64,000 nucleotides of DNA. It comes from a virus (lineage: Duplodnaviria > Caudoviricetes). The position numbers were made by a program, and so were the translations under genes. Where the stretch lies: positions 1-64,000 of the IMG/VR virus record IMGVR_UViG_3300032030_002802; one strand, given 5' to 3'. The stretch's first letter is position 1; the number at the start of each line of letters is the position of its first letter. Below, piece after piece: positions 44,183 to 54,140 of the stretch. The notes beneath the pieces were generated by a model. The model did no database searches. It worked only from the letters and a program-made list of their open reading frames with translations, and had not been told where the DNA came from.

Positions 44183-45674
44183 GGGTTTGTAGTATACCAT
44201 TTCCCGCGGCCGTCTGCAATGCCCGGGCTTGCGAAAAGAGCGCGGCGGCGACGGACGGCTTCCCGCCCCGTAGCGCCGCCTGGGCCTTTTTCGCGAGCGA
44301 CGTGGCGCGTGCGATGGCCGCGTTGCGAAGGTTCGTGGCGCGTCGGCGGGCGCGTCGGCGGCGTTTGGCCTCCGTCGCCCCCCACAGCCGCGCCTCGTAG
44401 TACATGACCGCCTTCTCGATCATGCCGAACACCTGGTTTATCCTGTCGTCCCAGTCGAGCCACTCGCGCTCCTCGCGGGTCAGGTGCTTTGACTTCGGGT
44501 TTGGCTTCTCCTTCGGCGGGCTGCACTGCGGCTTGCCCGGGGCGCCCTCCGCCCGCATGTTCAGGCGCAGGCAGTCGCGGCACGGCAGCGGAGGGGACGA
44601 CGCCACCATGTCGCGCATGTTCCGGCTCCCCAGCCACTCCGCCACGTCCCAGTACCTCTCGTTGTCCGCCACGGCCTCGCCGCGGGCCTCCCTGGCCGCG
44701 TCGATGTACTGCGGCAGGGTGTCGTACGGCATCAGCGACGGGGCCGCGACGACGAACTCGGGCACGGACCAGCCGCTCACGAGCACGTTGGGCTGCTGGC
44801 GCATCACGACGTCCGCGAGCTCCCAGCCGGCGAACGACACCATCGTGGGGGAGCACGACCACCGGTTCACCTCCAGCCACTTGCCGGTACCCTCCGTGAA
44901 CCCGCGCGGATGCGGCTCGATGTACACGCCCACCGCGAGGAAGCACACGTCCCTGTCCGGCACCGGCGCGTTGCGGCCGATGCACGGGACGCGCACGAAC
45001 GGCGCGTGGAAGCAGTTCGAGTCGCACAGGGATATCCCGTACCTGTAGAACCCGTCGTTCGACCTGGCGGCCTCCGCGGCCGTCGCGGGCGGCGGCTCTC
45101 CGGACACGTCAACGGGCAGGCCGTACTTCACGGCCGCGGCCAGCTTCGCCACCCAGTTTATCGTGAGGCTTCCGTACAGGCCGTACCCCTGCGGCTTGAA
45201 CCTCAGCTGCACCTCCGCCCTGTGGGCGAGGGCGTGGGCCGCCTCCAGGAGGCGCCATCCCCACCTTTCCGCGACCAGGTCGACGATCGCGGGGCTTTGC
45301 GGCCTCCGAAGCACCACGCCATCCCGGGGCATGCCGACGCGGTAGAACGCCGGCACGGTCTGCTCCAGCCACGTCGTGTTCGTCTTCCTGAAGGACGGGA
45401 CCCGCTGCGACGACATCGTGCGGAACTCCGTCCACGGCGTCGGCGCGGCCGCCGCGTCCCACAAACGCAGTCCACCAGCCGTCCCCGAGGCGCTTGGGGC
45501 GAACGGGTCCGGGTCCACGCTGTCCAGGCTCGCGAGCGCGGCCTCCTGCCTCTCCGGCGTCAGCCACGCCTGGTGCGGGTACTCCGGGTGCGCGAACGGG
45601 AAATGGCTTTCGCCCGTCGCCCGCACCACGCTGCACGCGGCCCTCGCACGCTCCGACAGCGCTGATCTGTCCAT
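44088..45674 (-). CDS. Large hypothetical protein
   Basis: ~528 aa with GC3-rich codons. Confidence 0.65.
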   Translation of the reverse strand: MDRSALSERARAACSVVRATGESHFPFAHPEYPHQAWLTPERQEAALASLDSVDPDPFAPSASGTAGGLRLWDAAAAPTPWTEFRTMSSQRVPSFRKTNTTWLEQTVPAFYRVGMPRDGVVLRRPQSPAIVDLVAERWGWRLLEAAHALAHRAEVQLRFKPQGYGLYGSLTINWVAKLAAAVKYGLPVDVSGEPPPATAAEAARSNDGFYRYGISLCDSNCFHAPFVRVPCIGRNAPVPDRDVCFLAVGVYIEPHPRGFTEGTGKWLEVNRWSCSPTMVSFAGWELADVVMRQQPNVLVSGWSVPEFVVAAPSLMPYDTLPQYIDAAREARGEAVADNERYWDVAEWLGSRNMRDMVASSPPLPCRDCLRLNMRAEGAPGKPQCSPPKEKPNPKSKHLTREEREWLDWDDRINQVFGMIEKAVMYYEARLWGATEAKRRRRARRRATNLRNAAIARATSLAKKAQAALRGGKPSVAAALFSQARALQTAAGNGILQTHEQKTEEETEEAGAACQDPKAPDAPVDGKGG

Positions 45675-45857
45675 TCTCTCCCTCCACAACCTTCGACGTT
45701 AGCAGCTTAAGTATCCCGCGTACGCACGCCTCGCCCGGCGTAATGCAGCAGTGCACCCCGTCGTGGTAGCTGTCGAACACGCAGAAGTCGCAGGCGTCGT
45801 GGTACGCGATCGCCCGCGCGAGCTCCTCCGGGCTGCGCGTGAGCCTCTCGAATAGGG

Positions 45858-46253
45858 TCATTGTCCGGGCAGGATTATCCTGCCCCGGCCTCGTATCCGC
45901 TCCCATTGGTCTATCTCCCGTATCACGCTCTCCTTTATCCCCGGGTTGCACACGCCGCACGCGTCGATGTGGAGGATGCTGTGCGGGCGGATGTAGAACC
46001 CGCTCGCCAGCATCTTGGGGGCGAGGCGGCACACGACCGCCTTGCACTTCGAGCATATGACCTTTGCCGTGTCCGCGTACGTCCGGATGCACTCCCCGCA
46101 GAGCTGGTCAGGCGTGCCGATGAACGGCGGCATGAGGAACGGCTTGCCGCACATCAGGCACGGCACGATGTTCCCGGGCAGCGCCGGATCGGACTTGACC
46201 TTCTTGAAGAGGATCTTGTTGTTCGTAAGGGCGGGCAGGTCCTCGAATCTCAT
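45858..46253 (-). CDS. Zn-finger protein
   Basis: CLMC, CGEC, CSKC, CGVC. Confidence 0.7.
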   Translation of the reverse strand: MRFEDLPALTNNKILFKKVKSDPALPGNIVPCLMCGKPFLMPPFIGTPDQLCGECIRTYADTAKVICSKCKAVVCRLAPKMLASGFYIRPHSILHIDACGVCNPGIKESVIREIDQWERIRGRGRIILPGQ

Positions 46254-46714
46254 TTCGCGGCCTCCGTGTTCTTCGCCTGGTTCCCGGCATCGGACGCCCT
46301 GCGGCGGCGGAACTCCTCGAGCCACCGCCGCGTCAGGGGTATCTTCGCCGGCGTCCCGCACGCGTACTCCTCCAGGTAGTCGCCGTGGGCCTCTAGCTCG
46401 TCCATGCGCTCGGCGAGCCGCCCCTCGCGCTCGTAGGCGTCCAGGTCCTCCATCAGCAGGTACGCCATCGCCTCGCCCGGGAATATCCCGACCCCGTTCC
46501 AGCTGTAGCGCCGCTCCGGCCTGAGGTCGTGGAATGCCTCGTCGCCTGGGCCGTCGCTGAACAGGGCCGCTGCGGCCGCCGCGAACTTCGCGTCCGTGGC
46601 GGCGATCTGGTCGCGGGCCTCGCCGACCACCGCAGCGGTGACCGCGGCGTCCGCGACGGCCTTCGGCGACGCAACGATGGTGGCAATGCCCGACAGGAAT
46701 CCGCGCCTCGTCAT
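46250..46714 (-). CDS. Hypothetical protein with Tat-like N-terminus
   Basis: MTRRGFL. Confidence 0.6.
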   Translation of the reverse strand: MTRRGFLSGIATIVASPKAVADAAVTAAVVGEARDQIAATDAKFAAAAAALFSDGPGDEAFHDLRPERRYSWNGVGIFPGEAMAYLLMEDLDAYEREGRLAERMDELEAHGDYLEEYACGTPAKIPLTRRWLEEFRRRRASDAGNQAKNTEAAK

Positions 46715-46899
46715 CCCAGCGCCTCCAGCTGCTCGATTATCGCGTCGCGCTCGGCCTTCAGGTCCTTGAGGCGCTCGTTGAACGCCTTGGCGGACTCCTT
46801 CTTGCTTGCCTCGACCTCGATGATCTGGCGGTCGATGTTCTCCAGCGACCTGCGCAGCTCGTCGGGCGTGCGCTGCGGCGTGTCCATGAACTCATCCAT
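46711..46899 (-). CDS. Small coiled-coil protein
   Basis: 62 aa. Confidence 0.65.
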   Translation of the reverse strand: MDEFMDTPQRTPDELRRSLENIDRQIIEVEASKKESAKAFNERLKDLKAERDAIIEQLEALG

Positions 46900-47431
46900 T
46901 CTGACCCTCCGGCCTTATCAGGTGTCGGTAGAGCAGGTCCGCCTCGCACCAGAGCAGGACCGCCGTCCCGTCGCGGCTGCGGGTAAGGCTGCACGGCAAC
47001 GGCAGGTTGTCCGTGTCGACGAGCAGCGAGCCCAGGCGGGTCACGGCCATTAGCCTGTCCGCCCCCCGCACGCGGTACACCAGTTCGGCCCGGGCAGGCC
47101 GGCCGGCCTGTCCGCCGGCCTGCTCGGCCAGTTCCAGCACGATGTCCTCGGCCGCCTTCGAGCTGCTCACGCTACGCACCGGCGGGAGCCTGCCTAGGTA
47201 CAGGCGCAGGGTCTTCCCGTCCAGCTCGCGGACCAGCCGCTCGGCGCGCTCCAGCAGGGTCGTGTCCGGCCGTATTTCCGAGGCGGTTCCGGTGGCCTTC
47301 TCCATCGCCGCCATCGTCTTTTCGGTCAGGCCCATCGCACGGAGGATGCGCCTCGCGGCCATGTCCTCCGTGGACTGGTCCGTGGCCGTCCTGCCTTCCT
47401 CGTACCGTCGCTTTACGTCGACCCAGCTCAT
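46892..47431 (-). CDS. Hypothetical protein, paralog of 47428-47958
   Basis: MSW..EDMAARRILRAMGLTE..YRVRGADRL..PC. Confidence 0.65.
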   Translation of the reverse strand: MSWVDVKRRYEEGRTATDQSTEDMAARRILRAMGLTEKTMAAMEKATGTASEIRPDTTLLERAERLVRELDGKTLRLYLGRLPPVRSVSSSKAAEDIVLELAEQAGGQAGRPARAELVYRVRGADRLMAVTRLGSLLVDTDNLPLPCSLTRSRDGTAVLLWCEADLLYRHLIRPEGQNG

Positions 47432-47958
47432 TTCACGGCCTCCTTCTCCTTTACAGCTGGCGGCGTCCAGCATGCCCAACCGAGGTATTCGCCAGCGTCC
47501 ATGTCGACGGACATGTACTCCCCGTCGGCCGTCCTGCGTACGACGCACGGTATCGGTATCCGGATCGTGGGGGCGCGTCCACCTTTCCGGTCGACCTTCA
47601 CCAGCACGAGCGCGTGGAGTCGCCGCGCGCCGGCCGTGCGGTACACGTTCACCATCTCGTTGCGCAGCCCGAGGTCGTCGTCCGTGGCAGACGAGACGGA
47701 CGCCACGGCGATCTTCTCGGCTTCGGCATACGACTTCACGTCGCTTACTATCAGCCGCGGGAAGTCATCCTGCCTGTCGTGCCCGATCCTGATCGCCATG
47801 TTGAGCGGCGTCGCCCGTGCAGTGCCCGTCTTGGCTGCTAGCCTGCGCACCTCACTCTCCGTCAGGCCGAACGCCTTGATGATGTGCTTCGCGAGCATGT
47901 CCTTCGTCTCCCGGGACGCAGACCCGCGAAACCACCTCTCCGCAGAGTCCCAGCTCAT
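47428..47958 (-). CDS. Hypothetical protein, paralog of 46892-47431
   Basis: MSW..KDMLAKHIIKAFGLTE..YRTAGARRL..PC. Confidence 0.65.
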   Translation of the reverse strand: MSWDSAERWFRGSASRETKDMLAKHIIKAFGLTESEVRRLAAKTGTARATPLNMAIRIGHDRQDDFPRLIVSDVKSYAEAEKIAVASVSSATDDDLGLRNEMVNVYRTAGARRLHALVLVKVDRKGGRAPTIRIPIPCVVRRTADGEYMSVDMDAGEYLGWACWTPPAVKEKEAVK

Positions 47959-49247
47959 TTCCCGGCCTCCTGGCCGTCCACGTCGCCGCCCTGCTCCGCC
48001 CCTTCCGCCGGCTGGTTCTTCCACGACGTCTCGAAGTCGAAGCCGAAGCCGCGGATCCTCAGCGCCTGGCGGCAGCACATGAGCAGGTCCTCGTTCGCGT
48101 AGAACGCGCGGACGAAGTCCTCCTCCGTCCGGAACGTCTTGTCCGAGAGGAGCGTGCACTTGATGCCAGCCGACGTGCGCACGGGCACCTGTCCGGGGTC
48201 GAACAGGCCGAACTTCGCCGAGAACGGGCTGCACGGGTGCTTGATGAGGAACTCCGCGTCCGTGTGGACCAGGTCGAAGCCTTTTCCGCCCGTGTTGAGG
48301 AACAGCGGCAGCTCCCTGACGGCGCCGGCGAACTTGTCGCCGGACCACTTGTTCTTGAGGCACTTGAACGTCGTGGCGTTCCCGACGATGTTGCCCGTCC
48401 GGTTGTCGGTCCACTTGGACGCACGCAGCTCGTAGGCGTAAGTCGCGGAGATGCGGACGGCCTCCTCGGCGACGCTGGTCTTCTGGGGGCCTGCGAACGC
48501 GGCGGGGCCGGACGCGATCTTCTGGGTCTCGTGCGAGGTCAGGAACAGGTTGGCCTTGCGCTGGTACATGCGCTGCACGCGCAGGCGGAACCACTCGCGC
48601 ATTTTCCTGGCCATCAGGCCCGGCTGTGTGGCGCGGCTCATGTCCACGACGTCCTGCTCGACCTTGTCCTCGGTGCCCAGCTGCGAAAGCGAGTCCACGC
48701 CGATCACTATGGGCTTGGTCATGTCGGGGTCTACCGGGTTCGTGAACTCGCTCTTCACTGGGCGTCCGTTCTCGCCGATCCCGCCGCCGACTCCGCCGCG
48801 GATCTCGCACACGAGCCTGTCGATCGTGCTTAGGCAGTCGTCAAGCGACGAGACTTCCTTCGTGAGGAGCCGCTGCGGGTCGCACCCGAACGAGTACACC
48901 CAGTCCGCCGGCGACCCGGCGCCCTCCGTCTCGAAGTGCATGCAGATGGCGTCCTGCTTCTTTATGGAGGTGGCGTACTGCAGGTACATGAACGACGACT
49001 TGCCGGCTGACGCGAGCGCCCGCTCCTGGCAGATGCGCCCCGACAGCCACCCGCGCCCGCCGACCAGGTACTCCTGCGCGATGCTGGGCAGGTCGTGCGT
49101 CGGGTTCCACACGTCGACGTAGGTGGCCTTCTCCATTGCCGTCGCGACCGTCTCTATCCCGGGGTCGCTCTTGCGGAGCCGCTCCAGGAGCGCCGACACG
49201 GTGTCGGTCGGCGCCCCCGAGGAGATGAGTTTCTCCTTCTTGGCCAT
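47955..49247 (-). CDS. RecA/UvsX-like recombinase
   Basis: GGRGWLSGRI, Walker A ASAGKSS, FETE, Walker B IGVDSL, ARKM, KNK. Confidence 0.8.
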   Translation of the reverse strand: MAKKEKLISSGAPTDTVSALLERLRKSDPGIETVATAMEKATYVDVWNPTHDLPSIAQEYLVGGRGWLSGRICQERALASAGKSSFMYLQYATSIKKQDAICMHFETEGAGSPADWVYSFGCDPQRLLTKEVSSLDDCLSTIDRLVCEIRGGVGGGIGENGRPVKSEFTNPVDPDMTKPIVIGVDSLSQLGTEDKVEQDVVDMSRATQPGLMARKMREWFRLRVQRMYQRKANLFLTSHETQKIASGPAAFAGPQKTSVAEEAVRISATYAYELRASKWTDNRTGNIVGNATTFKCLKNKWSGDKFAGAVRELPLFLNTGGKGFDLVHTDAEFLIKHPCSPFSAKFGLFDPGQVPVRTSAGIKCTLLSDKTFRTEEDFVRAFYANEDLLMCCRQALRIRGFGFDFETSWKNQPAEGAEQGGDVDGQEAGK

Positions 49248-50518
49248 TACTGGTTACCTCCCTGCGCGAGACGGGCGAGGAACGCCTCCTTGTTGAAGGC
49301 GGGCACGGGGTCGCCCACGACCTGGGCGGCCGGGGCGGCCTGGGGCGGCGTCGCCACGCCGGCCTTGACGGCAGCGGCGAACGCCGCGTCCGCCTCGTTG
49401 CCGGACGAGGTCACCGGGACGGCAGCGGGTGCCGCGACGGGTACGGACTGCGGGGCCGCGGACGAGGTCACCGGGACGGCAGCGGGTGCCGCGACGGGGA
49501 CGGGGGCGGCAGGCACGGGAGCAGCTGCGGGTGCCGCGTCGGGGACGGCCGCGGACTGCCCGGACGCGAAGCCGGCCTGGACGGTGCTGACGGCTCCGGG
49601 CGCGGAGGGCGGCTCGGGGATCTGGTAGGTGCTGCCGAAGGCGAGCTTCAGGAGCGCGTACTCGTGGTAGCCGGCGGGGCTGCGGCCGGTCAGCTCGCGG
49701 ATGAGGATCTGCACGATCTGCTCCGCGCTGAGGATGTTGAGGTAGCTCCGCAGGTCGGCCAGGTCGTACCGGGTCGCCATGATGTCCTGGGTGGCCGGGA
49801 TGCGCATCACGCGGCGGTTGGCGTCGAGCGCGAACTTGACGCTGTAGCCGGACATCTCGCCCTTGTCGTGCTCCTTCTCGACGACGAGAGCGGGCGCGCC
49901 CTGAGGCGCGGTGATGTCGCCGTTGGCGTACGCCGCGAGGTAGTTCGCCGCGATCTGCTCGGCCGTGGCGCTGGGCGACGGCTGGAACACGAGACCGTTC
50001 TCGCCGACCAGCTTCTTCGCGACTGCGGACGAGAAGATGCCGATGTGCGCGACGCGGTCCGGCTCGTTGGGCAGGAACACGTTGCAGAACAGGAACTGGC
50101 GTGGCGGGGGCAGGACGGCAGGGACGCGGTTCGGGTCGCCGAACTTCCCGTCGTCGAGCAGGTACGCCCACGTCGGGTCGCTCTTCGCGACCTTGCGCAG
50201 GACGGCGATCGGGCACTCCTCGCCGACGGACTGGAGCGACACGATGTCGTAGCGCTCCTTCCAGTCTCCGCGGCCGAGGCGGCGGTAGATGATCGCGCCG
50301 TTGCCCCAGTTGGACAGGGAGGGCGGCTCGCTCGGGAGGATCGACGGCAGGTAGGACACCCGCTTGTCGGGGTTGCCGGGGTCGAGCGCGGGCAGGATCG
50401 TGAACGTGATCGGCTGCTTCCCGCTCATGAACTTGGTCTTCACGCCGTTGAGGTAGAAGATCTTGTCGGAGTTTTCACCCTCGCCTGCGAGCGAGGAGAA
50501 CATGGTGTTGAATCCCAT
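49247..50518 (-). CDS. Hypothetical protein (possible gp32-like ssDNA-binding protein) with Ala/Pro linker
   Basis: Coupled to the RecA-like gene; 40-bp internal duplication 49402-49441/49459-49498. Confidence 0.5.
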   Translation of the reverse strand: MGFNTMFSSLAGEGENSDKIFYLNGVKTKFMSGKQPITFTILPALDPGNPDKRVSYLPSILPSEPPSLSNWGNGAIIYRRLGRGDWKERYDIVSLQSVGEECPIAVLRKVAKSDPTWAYLLDDGKFGDPNRVPAVLPPPRQFLFCNVFLPNEPDRVAHIGIFSSAVAKKLVGENGLVFQPSPSATAEQIAANYLAAYANGDITAPQGAPALVVEKEHDKGEMSGYSVKFALDANRRVMRIPATQDIMATRYDLADLRSYLNILSAEQIVQILIRELTGRSPAGYHEYALLKLAFGSTYQIPEPPSAPGAVSTVQAGFASGQSAAVPDAAPAAAPVPAAPVPVAAPAAVPVTSSAAPQSVPVAAPAAVPVTSSGNEADAAFAAAVKAGVATPPQAAPAAQVVGDPVPAFNKEAFLARLAQGGNQ

Positions 50519-50616
50519 TTGTTTTTCCTTTGGTTTGTTGGTTTGTCATTTCTCGTTTTTCGTTTTCAGGCCCTATACGTGGGCGGCCAGTAGTATAGCA
50601 AAATTCCTGCGGCATG

Positions 50617-50985
50617 TCATCCGTAATAAGTCCCCTGGATCGAGCGGAAGAGCTTGCGCAGCCGCTTCCTACCGAACCTGGGGAGCCCCTTCACCTTCCT
50701 GTACGCGCGTTCCATGTCGTCCATCAGGGCGTCCATGTTGCGGTACACGGCCCTGAAGAACCTCGGGTACTTCGGGAGCTCCACGAAGTAGACGGTGTTG
50801 TCGTCGAACGTATCGCTCTTGCCCCAGTCCTCGCAGCCGTCGTCCTTGACCTCGAACGCCTCGCCCGTGAACGAGTACTGTGACGAGATGTCGTCGTTCT
50901 CGGCCATCTCCTCCAGCACGTCCTGGTCGACGACATCGTTCAAGACGATCCCGTATCCGGTGAACGAGTAGTTCTGCATGCTCAT
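50617..50985 (-). CDS. Hypothetical protein
   Basis: MSMQNYS..., coupled. Confidence 0.65.
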   Translation of the reverse strand: MSMQNYSFTGYGIVLNDVVDQDVLEEMAENDDISSQYSFTGEAFEVKDDGCEDWGKSDTFDDNTVYFVELPKYPRFFRAVYRNMDALMDDMERAYRKVKGLPRFGRKRLRKLFRSIQGTYYG

Positions 50986-51398
50986 ATGCTTGGCTCCAGT
51001 CCCTTGTCCATCAGCTCGTCCACGAACTGCTTGATCTGGTCGATCTGGCAGTAGTGGTTCCTGCATCCGCACCAGTCCGTCTGGTGCCTCATCTGGCGCA
51101 CCATGATGTGGTACACCCATTCCTTGTCCCAGAAGCGGACGTCGCTTATCGACAGGTACACGTACCTGTCCGGGGCCCCGTCCGCTCCCTTCCTCGTCAC
51201 GACCGCCGAGAACTCGTAGTGGTTCCCGTGGATCTCCACCTTGTAGCCGGCCAGCGTCTTCCTGAGCCAACGCCCGTATGACGCCTCGAACGCCTTGTAG
51301 TCAGGGCCTGTCGTGCCCCCGCTCGAGAACTGGTGGTCCCAGTACTTCTGCAGCGGGCGCGGGAGATCGCCCTTGTGCAGGATATGGTCTATGTGCAT
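50982..51398 (-). CDS. Hypothetical phage protein
   Basis: NHYEFS..YVYLSISDVRF. Confidence 0.7.
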   Translation of the reverse strand: MHIDHILHKGDLPRPLQKYWDHQFSSGGTTGPDYKAFEASYGRWLRKTLAGYKVEIHGNHYEFSAVVTRKGADGAPDRYVYLSISDVRFWDKEWVYHIMVRQMRHQTDWCGCRNHYCQIDQIKQFVDELMDKGLEPSI

Positions 51399-51423
51399 TT
51401 GCGTTGTCCTTCTGTCGTCGTTG

Positions 51424-51957
51424 TCAGTCCCGCCCCCGCCACATCTCGAACGTGGCGTGCTCGACGTCCGTGCACGTCCACGCCCCCTCGGTGGCGTTCC
51501 CGTTGGCCATGTGGCCCACCAGCCTGAGCACCTCGTCGGGGTCGAGGCTCACCTCCTCGGTTTCGCCGTCCGCGTTGACGGACTCGAACTCGAGGTCTAT
51601 CCCGTCGTACGGGCCGTAGTCGAACAGCTGCAGGCCCGATGGGGTCTTGCCGTCGGCGCAGTACGAGACCTTCAGGCCCTCCTCCGCGTTCTCCTCGGCC
51701 CAGGCCTTCAACACGTCCTGCACGGTGGCCACCGCCTCGTTGAGGTGGAGGCCGACCGATAGCAGGGCCGCGGCCCCGTCGTGGCGCAGGTAGTCGTAGA
51801 GGGCGTCGCAGTCCACGACGCCGTCCTCCGACTCTATCTCCAGCAGCTCTTCCCACTTGTCGGCGGCCTTTAGCTTGCTGACCACGTCCCCGACGTCGTA
51901 CTCCTCGGGGTCGCGCATCCAGCGTATATCGTTAGGGTCGTTTACCTGGAATTTCAT
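51424..51957 (-). CDS. Acidic hypothetical protein
   Basis: AGGAG RBS. Confidence 0.7.
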   Translation of the reverse strand: MKFQVNDPNDIRWMRDPEEYDVGDVVSKLKAADKWEELLEIESEDGVVDCDALYDYLRHDGAAALLSVGLHLNEAVATVQDVLKAWAEENAEEGLKVSYCADGKTPSGLQLFDYGPYDGIDLEFESVNADGETEEVSLDPDEVLRLVGHMANGNATEGAWTCTDVEHATFEMWRGRD

Positions 51958-51970
51958 GTCGTCTCTCCTT

Positions 51971-52180
51971 TCAGTACGGTACGGCCTGCCCGGTGTCCTT
52001 GCCCATGTAGTAGGCGTACGCGCCCGCCTTTATGACGAGCGCGTCCCTGCCCCAGTACAGCTTCCGCATCCCGCTTATGGACGGGTACGGCCCTGCGGAC
52101 CCGACGCAGTCGCGCCCGAGCCTCCGCTCCAGGCCGTGCCTGTCCCGCAGGCGCAGGTACACCGTGCGTCCGCGCTTCAC
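51971..52180 (-). CDS. Hypothetical protein
   Basis: GTG start, GPYPSISGMRK. Confidence 0.55.
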   Translation of the reverse strand: MKRGRTVYLRLRDRHGLERRLGRDCVGSAGPYPSISGMRKLYWGRDALVIKAGAYAYYMGKDTGQAVPY

Positions 52181-52641
52181 TTTCCGGCCTCTTCCGGTCT
52201 CTCGGCCTTCTCGGCCGCGTCGTCTATCGCCGACAGCACCTTGTCCATGGTCTCTGGGCCGCAGAGGACCTTGCCGCCGGGCTTGCCGCCGGCCACGGCC
52301 TCCGGGCGCAGGACGGCCCAGCGGCCGGTCGGCCACACGGTGCGGCCGTCAGTCGTCTTGAACGCGTACTGCTGCCCGGAGTCGAACGCCGACCCGTCCG
52401 GCGTCGTCTCGACGAGGAGCACGCCGGTCTCGAATTTCCTGCGGCACTCGTCGCAGGGCTCCAGGTCGACCAGGACCTGCTTGGGCGCCTCGGCGTCGTC
52501 GTTGTCCGGCTTGCGGACGCGGCCGAGCAGGGCGACGCCCTTCGACCCGCCGCACCAGAAGCACTTGTCGAGGGCCGGGTTGACGCCGTGCTTCGGCGAC
52601 AGCTCGAGCCCGTCGTCCTTCCCCTTACGCCTCGTCGCCAT
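52177..52641 (-). CDS. Zn-binding phage protein
   Basis: SPKHGVNP..CFWCG..EPCDEC. Confidence 0.7.
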   Translation of the reverse strand: MATRRKGKDDGLELSPKHGVNPALDKCFWCGGSKGVALLGRVRKPDNDDAEAPKQVLVDLEPCDECRRKFETGVLLVETTPDGSAFDSGQQYAFKTTDGRTVWPTGRWAVLRPEAVAGGKPGGKVLCGPETMDKVLSAIDDAAEKAERPEEAGK

Positions 52642-53143
52642 GCCATTCCCCCTCTCCCTGGTCCTGCACGGCCGACACGGAGTTCGGGCTCCACTGCGGC
52701 TTCTGCGGCTCTTGTGGCTCCTGCGGCTGCGTCTCCTCGCCCGGGACGACGGAGTCGTCGTGCGCGAGTCCGGTCCGGACCGCGTTGATCGCGTCGAGGA
52801 CGGCCCGCGCCAGGACCTCCGCCGCGCTGCGGGACAGCTCGGTGCGGCCGCGCACGTAGCCCAGGACGTCCGCCATCAGGTCGGCGGCCGTGTCGGCGCA
52901 CGCTATGACGCTCTCGTTGCTGGCGGCCGCAGCCACGCCGCTCTGGCACAGCTCGGCGATCCGGTCGCACGCCTGGCGCGAGCTGCAGCGGTTGAACCGG
53001 CTCGTGGCCGCGACCGTCGCCCCTGGCAGCGGCACCATGTCGGCCGGCACGCCTTCGCCCGGCTGCGGCTCGTCGCCCAGCGCGAGGACCGGCGGCTCGC
53101 CTTCGCGGATCTTGAGGTATAGCTGTTTCATCGACTGTCTCAT
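52625..53143 (-). CDS. Hypothetical protein
   Basis: MRQSMK..., RBS. Confidence 0.6.
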   Translation of the reverse strand: MRQSMKQLYLKIREGEPPVLALGDEPQPGEGVPADMVPLPGATVAATSRFNRCSSRQACDRIAELCQSGVAAAASNESVIACADTAADLMADVLGYVRGRTELSRSAAEVLARAVLDAINAVRTGLAHDDSVVPGEETQPQEPQEPQKPQWSPNSVSAVQDQGEGEWHGDEA

Positions 53144-53877
53144 TGGTTGTTTCCTTTCTGGTTGTCTGATTCGCTCTTCACGAGTCCGGCCTTGCGCACC
53201 GCGTCGTACAGGGTACGGGCCCCCGCGCACTCCGAGAGGCCGAGGTCGATCGCGTCCATCTGGTCCTTGAAGTCGCCGTAGTCGGCGAACCCGCGTTCTA
53301 CCACTTCGGCCAGCGCCTCCATGACCATGCGGCCGGCCGCCGCCCGCGTCATCTTCCCGCGCTTGTAGTACTTCAGCATCCGGACGATGGACGACGTAGG
53401 GTACTCGCTTCCGGTATACTCGGTCTGCCTGGTGACGTTGGCCGCCACGAACGCGTCCGTGTAGTAGACGTTGCCCTGGACCGGCGGCTCATTGCCCCCC
53501 GCGAACCAGATTCCGACCTGCACGTGAGAGAAGTCGAACGAGTCGACCAGCTCCTTCAGCGTCGGTTTCAGGTATGAGCAGAACTGCACGGTCTGCCCTT
53601 CGCGTAGCATGACCGTGACCGCGTTCTTCGTGATCGACATGAGCGACACGGTCGGGTCCGTGCCGGCCAGCGACGTCACGCTTTCCATCACGTCCGTCAG
53701 CGTGTACGGCCGCGCCGCGCACGGGTACACGTCGTAGTCGTGCACCGGGTCGCCGCACAGCGACCCTCCCGCCAGTATGAACGGGCGCCCGTCCAGGATC
53801 TCGTACACCTTCCCGAACTGCAGCTTGTTCGCCCGCTGCACTATCGCCCGGTGTATCTTGTTGTCTACGTCTATCAT
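53140..53877 (-). CDS. Pol-beta-like nucleotidyltransferase
   Basis: ILAGGSL..HDYDVY..SFDFSHVQ..RMLKYYKRG. Confidence 0.7.
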   Translation of the reverse strand: MIDVDNKIHRAIVQRANKLQFGKVYEILDGRPFILAGGSLCGDPVHDYDVYPCAARPYTLTDVMESVTSLAGTDPTVSLMSITKNAVTVMLREGQTVQFCSYLKPTLKELVDSFDFSHVQVGIWFAGGNEPPVQGNVYYTDAFVAANVTRQTEYTGSEYPTSSIVRMLKYYKRGKMTRAAAGRMVMEALAEVVERGFADYGDFKDQMDAIDLGLSECAGARTLYDAVRKAGLVKSESDNQKGNNQ

Positions 53878-53879
53878 GT

Positions 53880-54140
53880 CTACGCCTCCTCCGGTTCGTA
53901 CTGCGTGTGGATGTGGGAGGCCTCCTGCTCCCAGTAGTCGCAGTCCTTCTTGTAGCCTTCCTTGCAGTGGCGCTCCGCCATCGCTACGGCCTCGTCCTGC
54001 GTGCGCGCCTGGACGTACAGGTAGTGCGCGTACGTTATCGCGCAGCGCACCTTGAACGTCCACTGGTTGTCCGGGTCCCGCGGCCCGTTGATCGGGTTGT
54101 CGAGGCTCGTCCCCGACTTGTTAGCCTTCATCCTTGCCAT
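53880..54140 (-). CDS. Hypothetical protein
   Basis: VQARTQDEA motif. Confidence 0.6.
   Translation of the reverse strand: MARMKANKSGTSLDNPINGPRDPDNQWTFKVRCAITYAHYLYVQARTQDEAVAMAERHCKEGYKKDCDYWEQEASHIHTQYEPEEA

Noticed and set aside
45109-45861. ORF starting MTLFERL
   Set aside because: The first ~60 codons look plausible, but the frame runs deep into 44088-45674 with shadow-like sequence, so boundaries cannot be supported.
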